Shown here one piece after another: positions 32,166-40,687 of a stretch of DNA of 64,000 nucleotides (within the stretch, counting starts at the first letter, position 1; each line of letters begins with the position of its first letter). The DNA is taken from contig CAWIBO010000003.1 in assembly GCA_963834385.1 (NCBI GenBank), positions 32,001 to 96,000 on the forward strand. The letters are read 5' to 3'. A program made the translations under genes and the position numbers. The DNA comes from an uncultured Verrucomicrobiae bacterium (GTDB taxonomy: Bacteria > Verrucomicrobiota > Verrucomicrobiia > Chthoniobacterales > UBA10450). The notes under the pieces are model-generated. The model did not search any database, was not told the DNA's origin, and saw nothing but the letters and a program-made list of their open reading frames with translations.

Positions 32166-32528
32166 TTATTTTTTTCGCGTCTTCTCGCCTTCCTCGATCA
32201 GCTTCCAGAACTCGCGGTTCTTCGCCAGTTGGTCGTCTTCCGCCAGCGGCAGTTTGCTCCGGAAAAGGAAATCCCGGAAAGTGTTTTTGTGCAGGACGCG
32301 GTGAACCGCAATTCCTTCCGGCCGCTTCTCAAAGTAAATCCGGTAGTCCTTTGCCCGATAACGGAAAAGTTTCTTTCCCTCCCGCTTCACTGTCCCGAAA
32401 CGGCTTGCGTCCAGCTTCCCCATGTCGTCCGGCAGAACCTGAAACTCCGCCAGAAGCTCGAGCTGGAGGGTCTTGGGCAGGGCCGACATCTCCGCGGCGC
32501 TGATTTCGTTGAAAACGATCTGGAACAC
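32166..32528 (-). CDS. RelE/ParE-fold protein without an adjacent antitoxin
   Basis: FQIVFNEISAAEMSALPK...LFRYRAKDYRIYFE...VHRVLH; GTG start 2 nt after the alr stop. Confidence 0.7.
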   Translation of the reverse strand: MFQIVFNEISAAEMSALPKTLQLELLAEFQVLPDDMGKLDASRFGTVKREGKKLFRYRAKDYRIYFEKRPEGIAVHRVLHKNTFRDFLFRSKLPLAEDDQLAKNREFWKLIEEGEKTRKK

Positions 32529-32530
32529 GG

Positions 32531-33638
32531 TCAGGACAAATACACGCGGCGCACGCGGCTGCCAATGCCGGTGAAAATTTCCCAGGGAATGGTCCCGGCC
32601 CACTCCGCCACCTCGGAGGCCAGGATGGTCGTGTTTCCCTGCTCGCCGAACAGGACCACCTCATCGCCGACTGCCGCCTCCGGCGTTTCCGTCAGGTCGA
32701 CCATCAGCAGATCCATCGTGATGCGGCCCAGGACCGGGCACCGTTTTCCCGCCACCAGGAGATGCGCACCCCGATTGGAACAGGCTCGCGGATAACCGTC
32801 GGCATAACCGGCTCCGACCGTTCCCACCCGCATCGGCCGCGGCGTGATAAAGGTGCGTCCGTAACTGATGGAGGCGCCCGCCGGCAGATCGCGAATGAGA
32901 ACAAGGCGCGATTTCAACGACATCACCGGGCGGAGCTCTGCCTGAAAACTGGGCAGCGGGGAAATGCCGTAGAGCATCAAACCGGCCCGGACGATGTCGT
33001 AGGGCGTCCCGGCGAAAGCGAAGATGCCGGCGCTGAGAAGGGCGTGGATTTTGGTCGCGGATGGAAGGTCGGCGCGAACGTCCCCGACGAGGCGGGCAAA
33101 CCGGGCCAGTTCCTCGCGGGTGTAATCGGCGTCCTCGTCCGCCGCGGGAAGATGGGTGGAAATGCTGTGGAGTTCCGCTTGCGGGAGCGCGGCGATGCGC
33201 CGGATCATCCCCGGGGCGTCCGGTTCCGGCATCCCCATTCGTCCCATGCCGGTGTCGATCACCGCGTTGAGCCGTGCTTTTTGACGGCGCGCCGGCCGCC
33301 TCCGAGAAGGCCGCCGCCTCCGCGGCGCTGGAAACGGAGGCAATGAAGCCATGCCGAACGATCTCGGCCCGCTCGTCCGGCAGAGCCGGGCCGAGGATCA
33401 TGATCGGTTGGGCGACGGAATCACGCAGCTCGAGGGCCTCGGCCAGATTGGCCACACCATAAATGTGCGCCTGTTCCTTCAGCGCGGCCGCCACGGGCGT
33501 CATGCCATGGCCGTAGCCATTGGCTTTGACCACGGCCATGAGCGCGGCCTGGCCGATGCGCGCACGCGCCACCCCGGCGTTGTGCCGCAGCGCGTCCCCG
33601 CTGATCTCCGCCCAGCAACGATGATGGATCGTGCTCAC
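32531..33638 (-). CDS. alr: Alanine racemase (extra base near 33275-33292)
   Basis: AVVKANGYGHG (PLP Lys) in one frame; IDTGMGRMG, ISYG, GYADG, GRITMD in the next. Confidence 0.93.
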
Positions 33639-34240
33639 GGGTTGATGGGTCGCGGAGCGGTGATGTGCGGCGGTCGCAAATAAATCGGCTCCAGCGGCGG
33701 CCGGGCAAACTCCAAATCGGCACGTCCAACCAGGCCGGCCAGGAGGGAAGCCTGCGGATGCCGCAGCTCCGCGGCCGCAAATCCCGGCACGGGCGCCGGA
33801 CAAAACAGGGGCCGAACCGATTCGTGGGCCAGCAGCTCCGTGACCTCCCCGGTTTCGAGGAGCTCGGGTCCCCGGGAAAGGGCGTGTTCCTTCACGACGG
33901 CAAACATAAACGAATTTCGGCGGGCATCGGCGAGCACTCCATATTCGCCCACGGCCATTGCGCAAATGGAGGGATACCCAAGAAGGGCCGCCCCGGTGCC
34001 GAGGGAAAGGCCAAGAGCGGCGGAGACGGCGATCCGGCAGCCGGCGTAGGAGCCGGGACCCAGACCCACGACGATGGTTGAGCGGGCGTCGAGCCGGGCG
34101 GAATGTTTGCGCAGCTCCTCGAAGAATGCGCCGGAATCCTTGCGATCGTTCGGGAAGGTGGCCGAGGCCTCCATCGTCCCGCCGCACCGCACCGCGATGC
34201 TCCCGACAGGTGACGACAACTCGAGCGCGAGGACGATCAT
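33635..34240 (-). CDS. tsaB: tRNA t6A modification protein TsaB
   Basis: LALELSS, VGLGPGSYAGCRIA, DARR, LEPIYLR. Confidence 0.9.
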   Translation of the reverse strand: MIVLALELSSPVGSIAVRCGGTMEASATFPNDRKDSGAFFEELRKHSARLDARSTIVVGLGPGSYAGCRIAVSAALGLSLGTGAALLGYPSICAMAVGEYGVLADARRNSFMFAVVKEHALSRGPELLETGEVTELLAHESVRPLFCPAPVPGFAAAELRHPQASLLAGLVGRADLEFARPPLEPIYLRPPHITAPRPINP

Positions 34241-34653
34241 CGGTCCTCCGTGATGGTGCGGGCCGATTCGCCGGTGATGGCGAACCGAAGCCACCAGGCG
34301 CCGGTCGGCATGGCCTCCGGAAATTTGTCCGCCCATTCCACCAGGGAGACGCCTTCGCCGAAAATGTAATCGTCGAACCCGATCTGCATGAGCGCCGCCG
34401 CATCGGGCAGCCGGTAAAAGTCGAAGTGATAAACCGGGAGGCGTCCGCCGGCATACTCGTGCACCAGGGTAAAGGTGGGACTGGTGGCGGGCTCCGGGCT
34501 GCCGAGGGCGGTGAGGAAACCGCGCACGAACTGCGTCTTGCCCGCACCGAGATCGCCCTGCAACGCGAAAACGGCGCCCGGGCGCGCCGTCGCGGCGAAT
34601 CGTCCGCCCAGGGCGGCGGTCTCCTCCGGGCTATTTGAAGTGAACGTAGCCAT
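34237..34653 (-). CDS. tsaE: tRNA t6A ATPase TsaE
   Basis: GDLGAGKTQFVRG, SPTFTLVHEY, HFDFYRL, VEWA. Confidence 0.95.
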   Translation of the reverse strand: MATFTSNSPEETAALGGRFAATARPGAVFALQGDLGAGKTQFVRGFLTALGSPEPATSPTFTLVHEYAGGRLPVYHFDFYRLPDAAALMQIGFDDYIFGEGVSLVEWADKFPEAMPTGAWWLRFAITGESARTITEDR

Positions 34654-35515
34654 GGAGTTTCGCACCGCTGTTTTTGTCCCTGGTCAGGGTGCCGATCCGC
34701 GTAAGCGGAAGGCGGGGGAACCGGCCCTTCCAGCGACGCTCCAGGGCGGAAGACTCCTTTGGCGGCAGGGCGAAAAGCAGTTCGTAGTCTTCGCCATCGG
34801 AGAGAGCTTCTTCCACGGTGCAGCCGCGGTTCCTCGGCACGGCGGCGCGCTCGAGCCGGAATCCGACGCCGCTGGCCTGCGCCAGGCGCGGCAGATCGGC
34901 GCCCAGCCCGTCGCTCAGATCGATCATGGCATGAATCGAAAACCGTTCGGTCAGCCAGCGGGCTTCCTCGAGCCGCGGCACAAACCGGAGGTGTCGCCCT
35001 TTGCCCGACCCGCCCAGCCGGCCGGTGACGTAAAGAACATCGCCATTTCGTCCGCCGCGGCGGGTGGCCATGCGCTTCTCCGGGACGGTCCCGGTGAGGC
35101 TGATGGAGATGACGGCCGGGCCCTTGATGGCGCTTGTCTCGCCGCCGACAAGACCCACTCCGAATTGCCGGGCGGCCTTGCCGAGGCCCCGGTAAAGTCC
35201 GCGGACCCAACCGGCCTTGGTGGCGCCGGCGACCACGAGCGTGATCAATCCGTGCCCCGGCCTCCCGCCCATGGCCGCGATATCGCTGAGCGCGCGGGCC
35301 AGCGCCTTCCATCCGACTGCTTCCGGTTTTTCTCCGCGCCGAAAGTGGATCCCTTCCACGATGCAATCGGTCTTGAGCAAAAGCAGTTCCTGCGCGCCCG
35401 GGAGGCGCACCGCGGCGCAATCGTCGCCCGCGGTCACCACGGTTTGCCGGCCGCGGGGGAGGTCCGCCAGGAGCGAGCGGAGGAGCCGATCCTCGCCGAG
35501 CTCGCTCAGTTTCAT
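34631..35515 (-). CDS. thiL: Thiamine-monophosphate kinase
   Basis: GDDCA, EGIHF, LSDIAAMGG, GGET, IDLSDGL, GEDYELLF. Confidence 0.93.
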   Translation of the reverse strand: MKLSELGEDRLLRSLLADLPRGRQTVVTAGDDCAAVRLPGAQELLLLKTDCIVEGIHFRRGEKPEAVGWKALARALSDIAAMGGRPGHGLITLVVAGATKAGWVRGLYRGLGKAARQFGVGLVGGETSAIKGPAVISISLTGTVPEKRMATRRGGRNGDVLYVTGRLGGSGKGRHLRFVPRLEEARWLTERFSIHAMIDLSDGLGADLPRLAQASGVGFRLERAAVPRNRGCTVEEALSDGEDYELLFALPPKESSALERRWKGRFPRLPLTRIGTLTRDKNSGAKLHGYVHFK

Positions 35516-36306
35516 TGCGGGAAGATTTCCGGGAAGGCGAGGAAAACGAGCGCGGTCGAGTTGAAGAGCGCGTGCATGGTCATGGCCACAAGGATCGACC
35601 CGCTCCATTCGAAGGCAATGGTGAGACACATCCCGAGGACGAAAAGCGGGATAAACGAGGGACGATGCCCATGAACCGCGGCGAAGATGAGGGCGTTCCC
35701 AATGATGCCGGCCCAGCGCCCGGCAAACCGCTTGATCGTTCCGTGCAGGAAATACCGGAAAATGAACTCCTCCGCGATCGGGGCGATGGCCACGGCAATG
35801 ATGATGATGATCGCGCGTTCCTGCATGTTCTCGGAGTTGCTGAAGAGCTGGACGATGTCCTGCCGGCTGACCGTTTCGTCGAGAAACCGGCGGGTCAGGA
35901 AGTCCGCCAGCCCGACCAACGGGTAGGCGGCCAGGAGCAGGATCGCGCCCGTGCCGAGGGAACGGCCAAAGCCGAGGCGGGAGAGGCCGGCCGTTTCGGA
36001 CAGGTCAAAGCCGCGCAGGCGGAGAAAACCGACCAGGCCGAGAATCAGCGCAATGGAGAAAATGGCGGAACCGGCCGGATCCGGCAGGCGGTCCGATTTG
36101 CCGGCCGCATAGACGCTGGCCACGAAAAAGGTGGTGAGCAGCACCGCGATGATGACCTCGGGCCGCCCGAAGCGGCGGCGGGTCGGATCGGGGACCTCGA
36201 CCTCGCGCAGGGAGATCTGGCGGGCGAGCGAGCCGTAAACATAGACCGCCGCGAGAATGAAAAGGGCATTGAGGAGAAGCCCGAGCCCGGCATAGAAATC
36301 AGACAT
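35512..36306 (-). CDS. CPBP (CAAX/Abi) intramembrane metalloprotease
   Basis: APIAEEFIFR, FAAVH, MHALFN. Confidence 0.9.
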   Translation of the reverse strand: MSDFYAGLGLLLNALFILAAVYVYGSLARQISLREVEVPDPTRRRFGRPEVIIAVLLTTFFVASVYAAGKSDRLPDPAGSAIFSIALILGLVGFLRLRGFDLSETAGLSRLGFGRSLGTGAILLLAAYPLVGLADFLTRRFLDETVSRQDIVQLFSNSENMQERAIIIIIAVAIAPIAEEFIFRYFLHGTIKRFAGRWAGIIGNALIFAAVHGHRPSFIPLFVLGMCLTIAFEWSGSILVAMTMHALFNSTALVFLAFPEIFPQ

Positions 36307-36311
36307 TGCGC

Positions 36312-37310
36312 CTAGGGGGCATAGAAACCCGGCAGATAATAGGCGCGACCGGTCTCGAGCTGGGAAGTGAGGTTCTTCGGCAGAAGCTCGATTCGCGTCT
36401 CCTGCCCGAATACCTGCAGAATTCGTCCGAGGGCAAACGGCGGCCCATACTTGACCACGGCGGCGTTGGGCGCGTGGCCGAGTTCCCGCGCCTTGGCGTA
36501 GGCGTCCTCGATCTGCCCCAGGCCGTCGATCAATTTTTCCTGCAGCGCGATCTTGCCGGAAAGGATGCGCCCATCGGCCACGGTGGTGCGCAGAACGGTG
36601 GCGTCGAGCCGGCGTTCACGCGCCACCACGCCGAGAAACTTGTCGTAAGTTTCCATGACGAATCCCTGGATGTAATCGCGCTCCTCCTGGGTCATCGGCC
36701 GCGAGCCGCTCAGGATATCCTTGAACTTGCCGCTTTTGAAAACCACCGCGCCCAGGCCGATTTTTTCGAGCAACCCCTCGTAGTTCAGGGTTTGGATGAT
36801 GACGCCGATGCTGCCGGTAATGCTGGTCTCGCTGGCCATGAGATAGCCGCCCCCGCAGGCAACGTAATATCCGCCCGAGGCCGCGACTGAGTTCATGTAG
36901 ACGACCACCGGTTTTTGCGCCCGCGTCAGGGTGACGGCGTGGTAAATACTGTCGGAAGCGGTGACCTCGCCGCCGGGCGAATCGATCTCGAGTATCACCG
37001 CCTTGACGTTGGCATCGTCGCGGGCCTGCCGGAGGGCGGCGCGCAGGTCGTCCACCATGGATTCGCCGACGTTGCCGGAGATCGAGGAGCTGATCAGGCC
37101 GCGCAGCGTGATCAGGGCGATCTTGTCGCGACTGCCGCGCGACGCCTCTTCCAGGCGCACTTCACGAAAAAGAGGAAAGGGCACTTCTTCGGCGCGGGTC
37201 CCGCCGAAGCGGGCCGCCGCCGTCAGGCCAAGGAGGAGATTGACCGCGAGGCTGCCGCAGAGGGCCACGAAAAGAAAGATGCTGAGACATCCGAGTTTTC
37301 GGTTCGCCAT
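36312..37310 (-). CDS. sppA: Signal peptide peptidase SppA
   Basis: IDSPGG, AASGGYY, TGSIGV, KSGKFKD. Confidence 0.93.
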   Translation of the reverse strand: MANRKLGCLSIFLFVALCGSLAVNLLLGLTAAARFGGTRAEEVPFPLFREVRLEEASRGSRDKIALITLRGLISSSISGNVGESMVDDLRAALRQARDDANVKAVILEIDSPGGEVTASDSIYHAVTLTRAQKPVVVYMNSVAASGGYYVACGGGYLMASETSITGSIGVIIQTLNYEGLLEKIGLGAVVFKSGKFKDILSGSRPMTQEERDYIQGFVMETYDKFLGVVARERRLDATVLRTTVADGRILSGKIALQEKLIDGLGQIEDAYAKARELGHAPNAAVVKYGPPFALGRILQVFGQETRIELLPKNLTSQLETGRAYYLPGFYAP

Positions 37311-37426
37311 GAGGCCCGAACGTGGCGGAGAAGGTCCCGCCAGACAAGCCATTTCACCCCCGGCGCCCCGGGGCGGCGCGGCATCGGCCGCGGGCTTGGC
37401 CTGCAAGCTGCTTTTAACAGGCGAAC

Positions 37427-37651
37427 ATGAACTCAAGCGCTCATCTTCCCGTCAGCGAATCGGCTGCCCGCCGTGTTCGCCGGACCAAGGCGAGACGCGC
37501 CGCCGGCCGGGGCCGCCCCCGCGCTGTCGTGGAGAAGAATGGCGCGGCCAGGCCGCAACCGGCCGTGGGCACCCTGCAGCGGACCAAGACATTGCTCCTG
37601 GCCGCCCTCAAGGTCTGGGAACTGAAACACCGCGTCACCACCACCGAGTAG
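37427..37651 (+). CDS. Small basic hypothetical protein
   Basis: ATG ORF between sppA and the tRNA; GC3-rich codons in its C-terminal half; no recognisable motif. Confidence 0.35.
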   Translation: MNSSAHLPVSESAARRVRRTKARRAAGRGRPRAVVEKNGAARPQPAVGTLQRTKTLLLAALKVWELKHRVTTTE

Positions 37652-37704
37652 GTCCGGTCTTCCCGCTTGCGCCCCGCCGCACCGCGCCGCACCTTCGTCC
37701 CGTG

Positions 37705-37778
37705 GCGCCCGTAGCTCAGCCGGATAGAGCAACGGATTTCTAATCCGTGGGTCGGGTGTTCGAGTCACCCCGGGCGCG
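37705..37778 (+). tRNA. tRNA-Arg (anticodon UCU), CCA not encoded
   Basis: Acceptor GCGCCCG/CGGGCGC, D-arm GCTCAGCCGGATAGAGC, anticodon arm ACGGA-TTTCTAA-TCCGT, T-arm GGGTG-TTCGAGT-CACCC. Confidence 0.97.
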
Positions 37779-37825
37779 CTTCCTGATTTGCCCTGATGAG
37801 GTTCTGCCGACCCACAGGGAAAATT

Positions 37826-38066
37826 GAATTAGGAAACCAGGAAATCAGGAAAAGCGGGAATTGAATCAGGAAAGCAGGAACTGAGGAAGAAGCGGGTCTT
37901 TGGTTACCTTCCTGTTTTCCTGGTTTCCAAATTCGTTCTCTTTCTTCTCCTGTAGGGGGAGAGACCTCACGCAGAGATCGCGGAGGGCGTAGAGAATGGA
38001 ATCAGGCAGGAACTGAGGAAGAAGCGGTCTCAATCACCTTCCTGTTTTCCTGGTTTCCAAATTCGT
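37826..38066. repeat. Two composite palindromic elements built from 8-bp CAGGAAAN units, plus a 9-bp-period spacer
   Basis: AGGAAACC AGGAAATC AGGAAAAG arm versus TTCCTGTT TTCCTGGT TTCCAAAT arm; direct repeats 37874-37895/38006-38027 and 37906-37936/38036-38066. Confidence 0.85.
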
Positions 38067-38136
38067 CCTTCTTTCTTTTATGTGGATAAGCGGCCGCCAC
38101 TTGCGTCGTCGCCTGCTTCTGCTTCGGTGCACGACA

Positions 38137-39378
38137 GTGCTCCGTTTTCTTCTCATCCTGCCACTTGGTCTTGCCCTCTGTGGGTGCGCCCTGAAATCGG
38201 GCAGCGGCATCACCCAGGAGGTGACGCCGCTTTACTCCGCGGGTTCACCCAACTTCCAGCGGGCGGCCGGTTCGCTGCTCAAGCGGGAGTTTCTCGCCGG
38301 CAACGAGATCACCACGCTCGTGAACGGGAACGAAATTTTCCCGGCCATGCTGCGCGAAATTCGCCGGGCCCGTCGCTCGATCAGCTTTGAAACCTACATT
38401 TTTTCCCATGGCGAGATGGGCGAACAGTTCGCCGCAGCCTTTGCGGAGCGGGCCGCCGCCGGGGTTAAGGTCCGTGCCATTTTCGACGCGCAAGGCTCCA
38501 AGGCGGGGCGGGATGACATGCGGCGCATGGAAGCGGCCGGCGTGGAGGTGGTGAATTATCACCCGTTCTTTTATCCCGATCCGCGCCGGTTCAATAACCG
38601 GACCCATCGCAAGCTCCTGATCATTGACGGGAAGGTCGGTTTCATTGGCGGCGTCGGCATCGCCGATGAGTGGATGGGCGATGCCGCGGCGCCGGGCCAA
38701 TGGCGGGAGAATCATTACCGCGTGACCGGGCCGGTGGTGGCGCAAATGCAGGCGATCTTCGCGGAAAACTGGCTCAAAACCCGTGGGGAAGTGCTGCATG
38801 GCCCGGATCTTTTTCCGCCGCTGGCCGCCACCGGTTCCCTTGTCGCCTCCGCTTTTGGAAGTTCACCCCGCCAGGGGAATCGCGAGATGAACCTGATGTA
38901 TCTGCTGGCGATCGCCTCTGCGCAGAAGACGCTCCGGATCGAGAACCCCTATTTTCTTCCCGATGAATTGACCCGGGAGGCGCTCGTCGCCGCCGCGCGG
39001 CGCGGGGTCAACGTCGAGGTTCTGCTGCCGGGATCGAAGATCGATCAAAAGCTGGTCCGGCTCGCCTCGAAACGGCACTGGGACGAGCTGATCGAGGCCG
39101 GGATAAAAATCTATGAGTACCAGCCCACCATGGTGCACGTAAAGCTGCTCATCGTGGATGACGCCTTTGTCTCGGTCGGCTCCGCCAATTTTGATAATCG
39201 TTCGGTGCGCCTGAACGACGAGGCGAACTTGAATGTGCTCGACCGGGGCTTTGCTGCGCGCCAGATCCGGTTGTTTGAGGCGGACAAGGCCCGGTCGCGG
39301 CAGGTGATGGTGAAGGACGGCGACCTGCTCTCCGTGCCGTTGCAACAGGCGGCCGGCCTGGCGGCGCCGCAATTGTAG
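38137..39378 (+). CDS. cls: Cardiolipin synthase / phospholipase D family lipoprotein
   Basis: Two HKD motifs (RTHRKLLIIDG, HVKLLIVDD), GSANFDNRS; LALCGC lipobox-like; start uncertain. Confidence 0.88.
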   Translation: MLRFLLILPLGLALCGCALKSGSGITQEVTPLYSAGSPNFQRAAGSLLKREFLAGNEITTLVNGNEIFPAMLREIRRARRSISFETYIFSHGEMGEQFAAAFAERAAAGVKVRAIFDAQGSKAGRDDMRRMEAAGVEVVNYHPFFYPDPRRFNNRTHRKLLIIDGKVGFIGGVGIADEWMGDAAAPGQWRENHYRVTGPVVAQMQAIFAENWLKTRGEVLHGPDLFPPLAATGSLVASAFGSSPRQGNREMNLMYLLAIASAQKTLRIENPYFLPDELTREALVAAARRGVNVEVLLPGSKIDQKLVRLASKRHWDELIEAGIKIYEYQPTMVHVKLLIVDDAFVSVGSANFDNRSVRLNDEANLNVLDRGFAARQIRLFEADKARSRQVMVKDGDLLSVPLQQAAGLAAPQL

Positions 39379-39388
39379 GTCGCTTCCG

Positions 39389-39443
39389 GACCCGGACAGG
39401 ATTAACAGGATTCTGCAGGATGAAGGATTGAATCAGGAAAGCA
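39389..39443. repeat. Degenerate 9-bp ACAGGATTN array plus a TTGAATCAGGAAA fragment
   Basis: GGACAGGATTAACAGGATTCTGCAGGATGAAGGATTGAATCAGGAAAGC. Confidence 0.6.
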
Positions 39444-39452
39444 CGTTTCCAT

Positions 39453-39500
39453 GTAGGGCGTCTGTGCCAGACGCCATGGCGTCTCGCAGAGACGCCCTAC
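39453..39500. repeat. GTAG-type REP doublet (left of RAYT)
   Basis: GTAG-GGCGTCTGTGCCAGACGCC-AT-GGCGTCTCGCAGAGACGCC-CTAC. Confidence 0.9.
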
Positions 39501-39964
39501 AGGTCTTGTTCGTGGGTGCCAAGGGCGCCAGTTTCGCGGAAACCGGCCTGATAGGGCCAATCCATAACGTTTTGCACCAGCCCTGCCCGAACTGGATTCT
39601 CGCGGAGGTAAAGCCATTTCTCGTACGCAGATTCTTCGTGGCGGAGTAATCGATCAAAACCCCCTTCCTGCCACCGCCACTCTGGATGCTGATAGGTCTC
39701 GTTGAACCACCTTTTGAACCACTTCAAGAATTGAGAGACGCTGTGATCTCTCTCTCGCGGCGCCACTAAGAGGTGGAGATGGTCCGGCATCGCAAGCGCC
39801 GCAACCGCGGTCCAGCGCTCGAGCCGGGCAAGCGTGCAGGTGATGGCTTTCCAACATCCCGGGTTTGCCAGGACAGAGATGCGAGGCTGCACGGCGATGG
39901 TGAGAAAATAGATGATTTCAGAGCCGCTGGATAACAGGACAGGAATCCGAGGCGGCCTCGCCAT
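39497..39964 (-). mobile_element. REP-associated tyrosine transposase (RAYT, HUH Y1 family)
   Basis: YFLT, MPDHLHLL (HUH), WQEGGFDRLLR, YLRENPVRAGL, DWPY; flanked by REP doublets. Confidence 0.92.
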
Positions 39965-40008
39965 GAAGAAGTTTAGATGGCGGCGAAGTCGCCGCGCAAG
40001 CCCGCTTT

Positions 40009-40056
40009 GTAGGGCGCCTGTGCCAGGCGCCACGGCGTCTCGCAGAGACGCCCTAC
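40009..40056. repeat. GTAG-type REP doublet (right of RAYT)
   Basis: GTAG-GGCGCCTGTGCCAGGCGCC-AC-GGCGTCTCGCAGAGACGCC-CTAC; 45/48 identical to 39453-39500. Confidence 0.9.
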
Positions 40057-40077
40057 AGGCATGCGTCGAGAGCAGAG

Positions 40078-40185
40078 CCTCACGCAGAGATCGCGGAGGA
40101 GGGCGCAGAGAGGGGAGAGTTGAATCAGGAAATGAGGAAAATGCGGTTAATCACACTTTCCTGTTTTCCTGGTTTCCTAATTCGT
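40078..40185. repeat. Third copy of the composite 9-mer/8-mer palindromic element
   Basis: CCTCACGCAGAGATCGCGGAGG...TTGAATCAGGAAA...TTCCTGTTTTCCTGGTTTCCTAATTCGT; matches 37965-38066. Confidence 0.85.
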
Positions 40186-40214
40186 TTTTCTCTTCCTTCT
40201 TTTCAGGGTGCGCG

Positions 40215-40679
40215 TTACCAGCGGTGGAAGGCGGGGTGGCCTTCTTTCACGGCTACGAAGGTGCCCCGGCAGGTGGCGCACACTTTGCCTTTTGCGGTCA
40301 GGGTGCCTTCGATCACGGCCCGGTCATGGGCGACTTCAACCGCTTTCGCACTGAGCTGGACCGGACCGTCCGTCGGGCAGGGACGCAGCAGCTTGATCGA
40401 GTAATCAGCCGTGACGGTGCAGGGCGGCTGGTCCGCGCCCGCCTTTTGCATCAGGGTCCAGGCCGCGGTCCAGTTGCAATGACAATCGAGCAGGGTGCCG
40501 ATGATCCCGCCGTTGAGCACACCCGGGAACGCCTCGTATTTCGGCTGCGGCGTCCATTCCGCCACCACTTCGTCGCCTTGCGCGAAGCTTCGCACCCGCA
40601 CGCCCTCGGGGTTGGCCGGGCCGCAGCCGAAGCAGGCGTTGCCCGGCGCGAACTGTTCCTGGAGCGACTTCCCCTCCAT
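40215..40679 (-). CDS. PaaI-family (hotdog) thioesterase
   Basis: CFGCGPANPEG, GVLNGGIIGTLLDCH, VTADYSIKLLRP. Confidence 0.88.
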   Translation of the reverse strand: MEGKSLQEQFAPGNACFGCGPANPEGVRVRSFAQGDEVVAEWTPQPKYEAFPGVLNGGIIGTLLDCHCNWTAAWTLMQKAGADQPPCTVTADYSIKLLRPCPTDGPVQLSAKAVEVAHDRAVIEGTLTAKGKVCATCRGTFVAVKEGHPAFHRW

Positions 40680-40687
40680 TTGGATGG

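Noticed and set aside
33620..33650. Possible heptamer relic at the tsaB/alr junction (ccatcaa...ccatcat)
   Set aside because: Too degenerate to distinguish from chance
32661..35420. 919-aa ORF and other long overlapping or antisense ORFs (e.g. 1279-3147, 28601-30313, 44354-46096)
   Set aside because: High-GC shadow frames of recognisable genes; the 919-aa ORF includes only the alr N-terminus through the frameshift
37826..38066. Direct repeats after the tRNA as a CRISPR array
   Set aside because: Only 2-3 irregular copies, no constant-length unique spacers, no cas genes
37705..40200. tRNA-Arg as the attachment site of an integrated island or prophage
   Set aside because: No integrase, and I found no duplicated tRNA 3' end in the window
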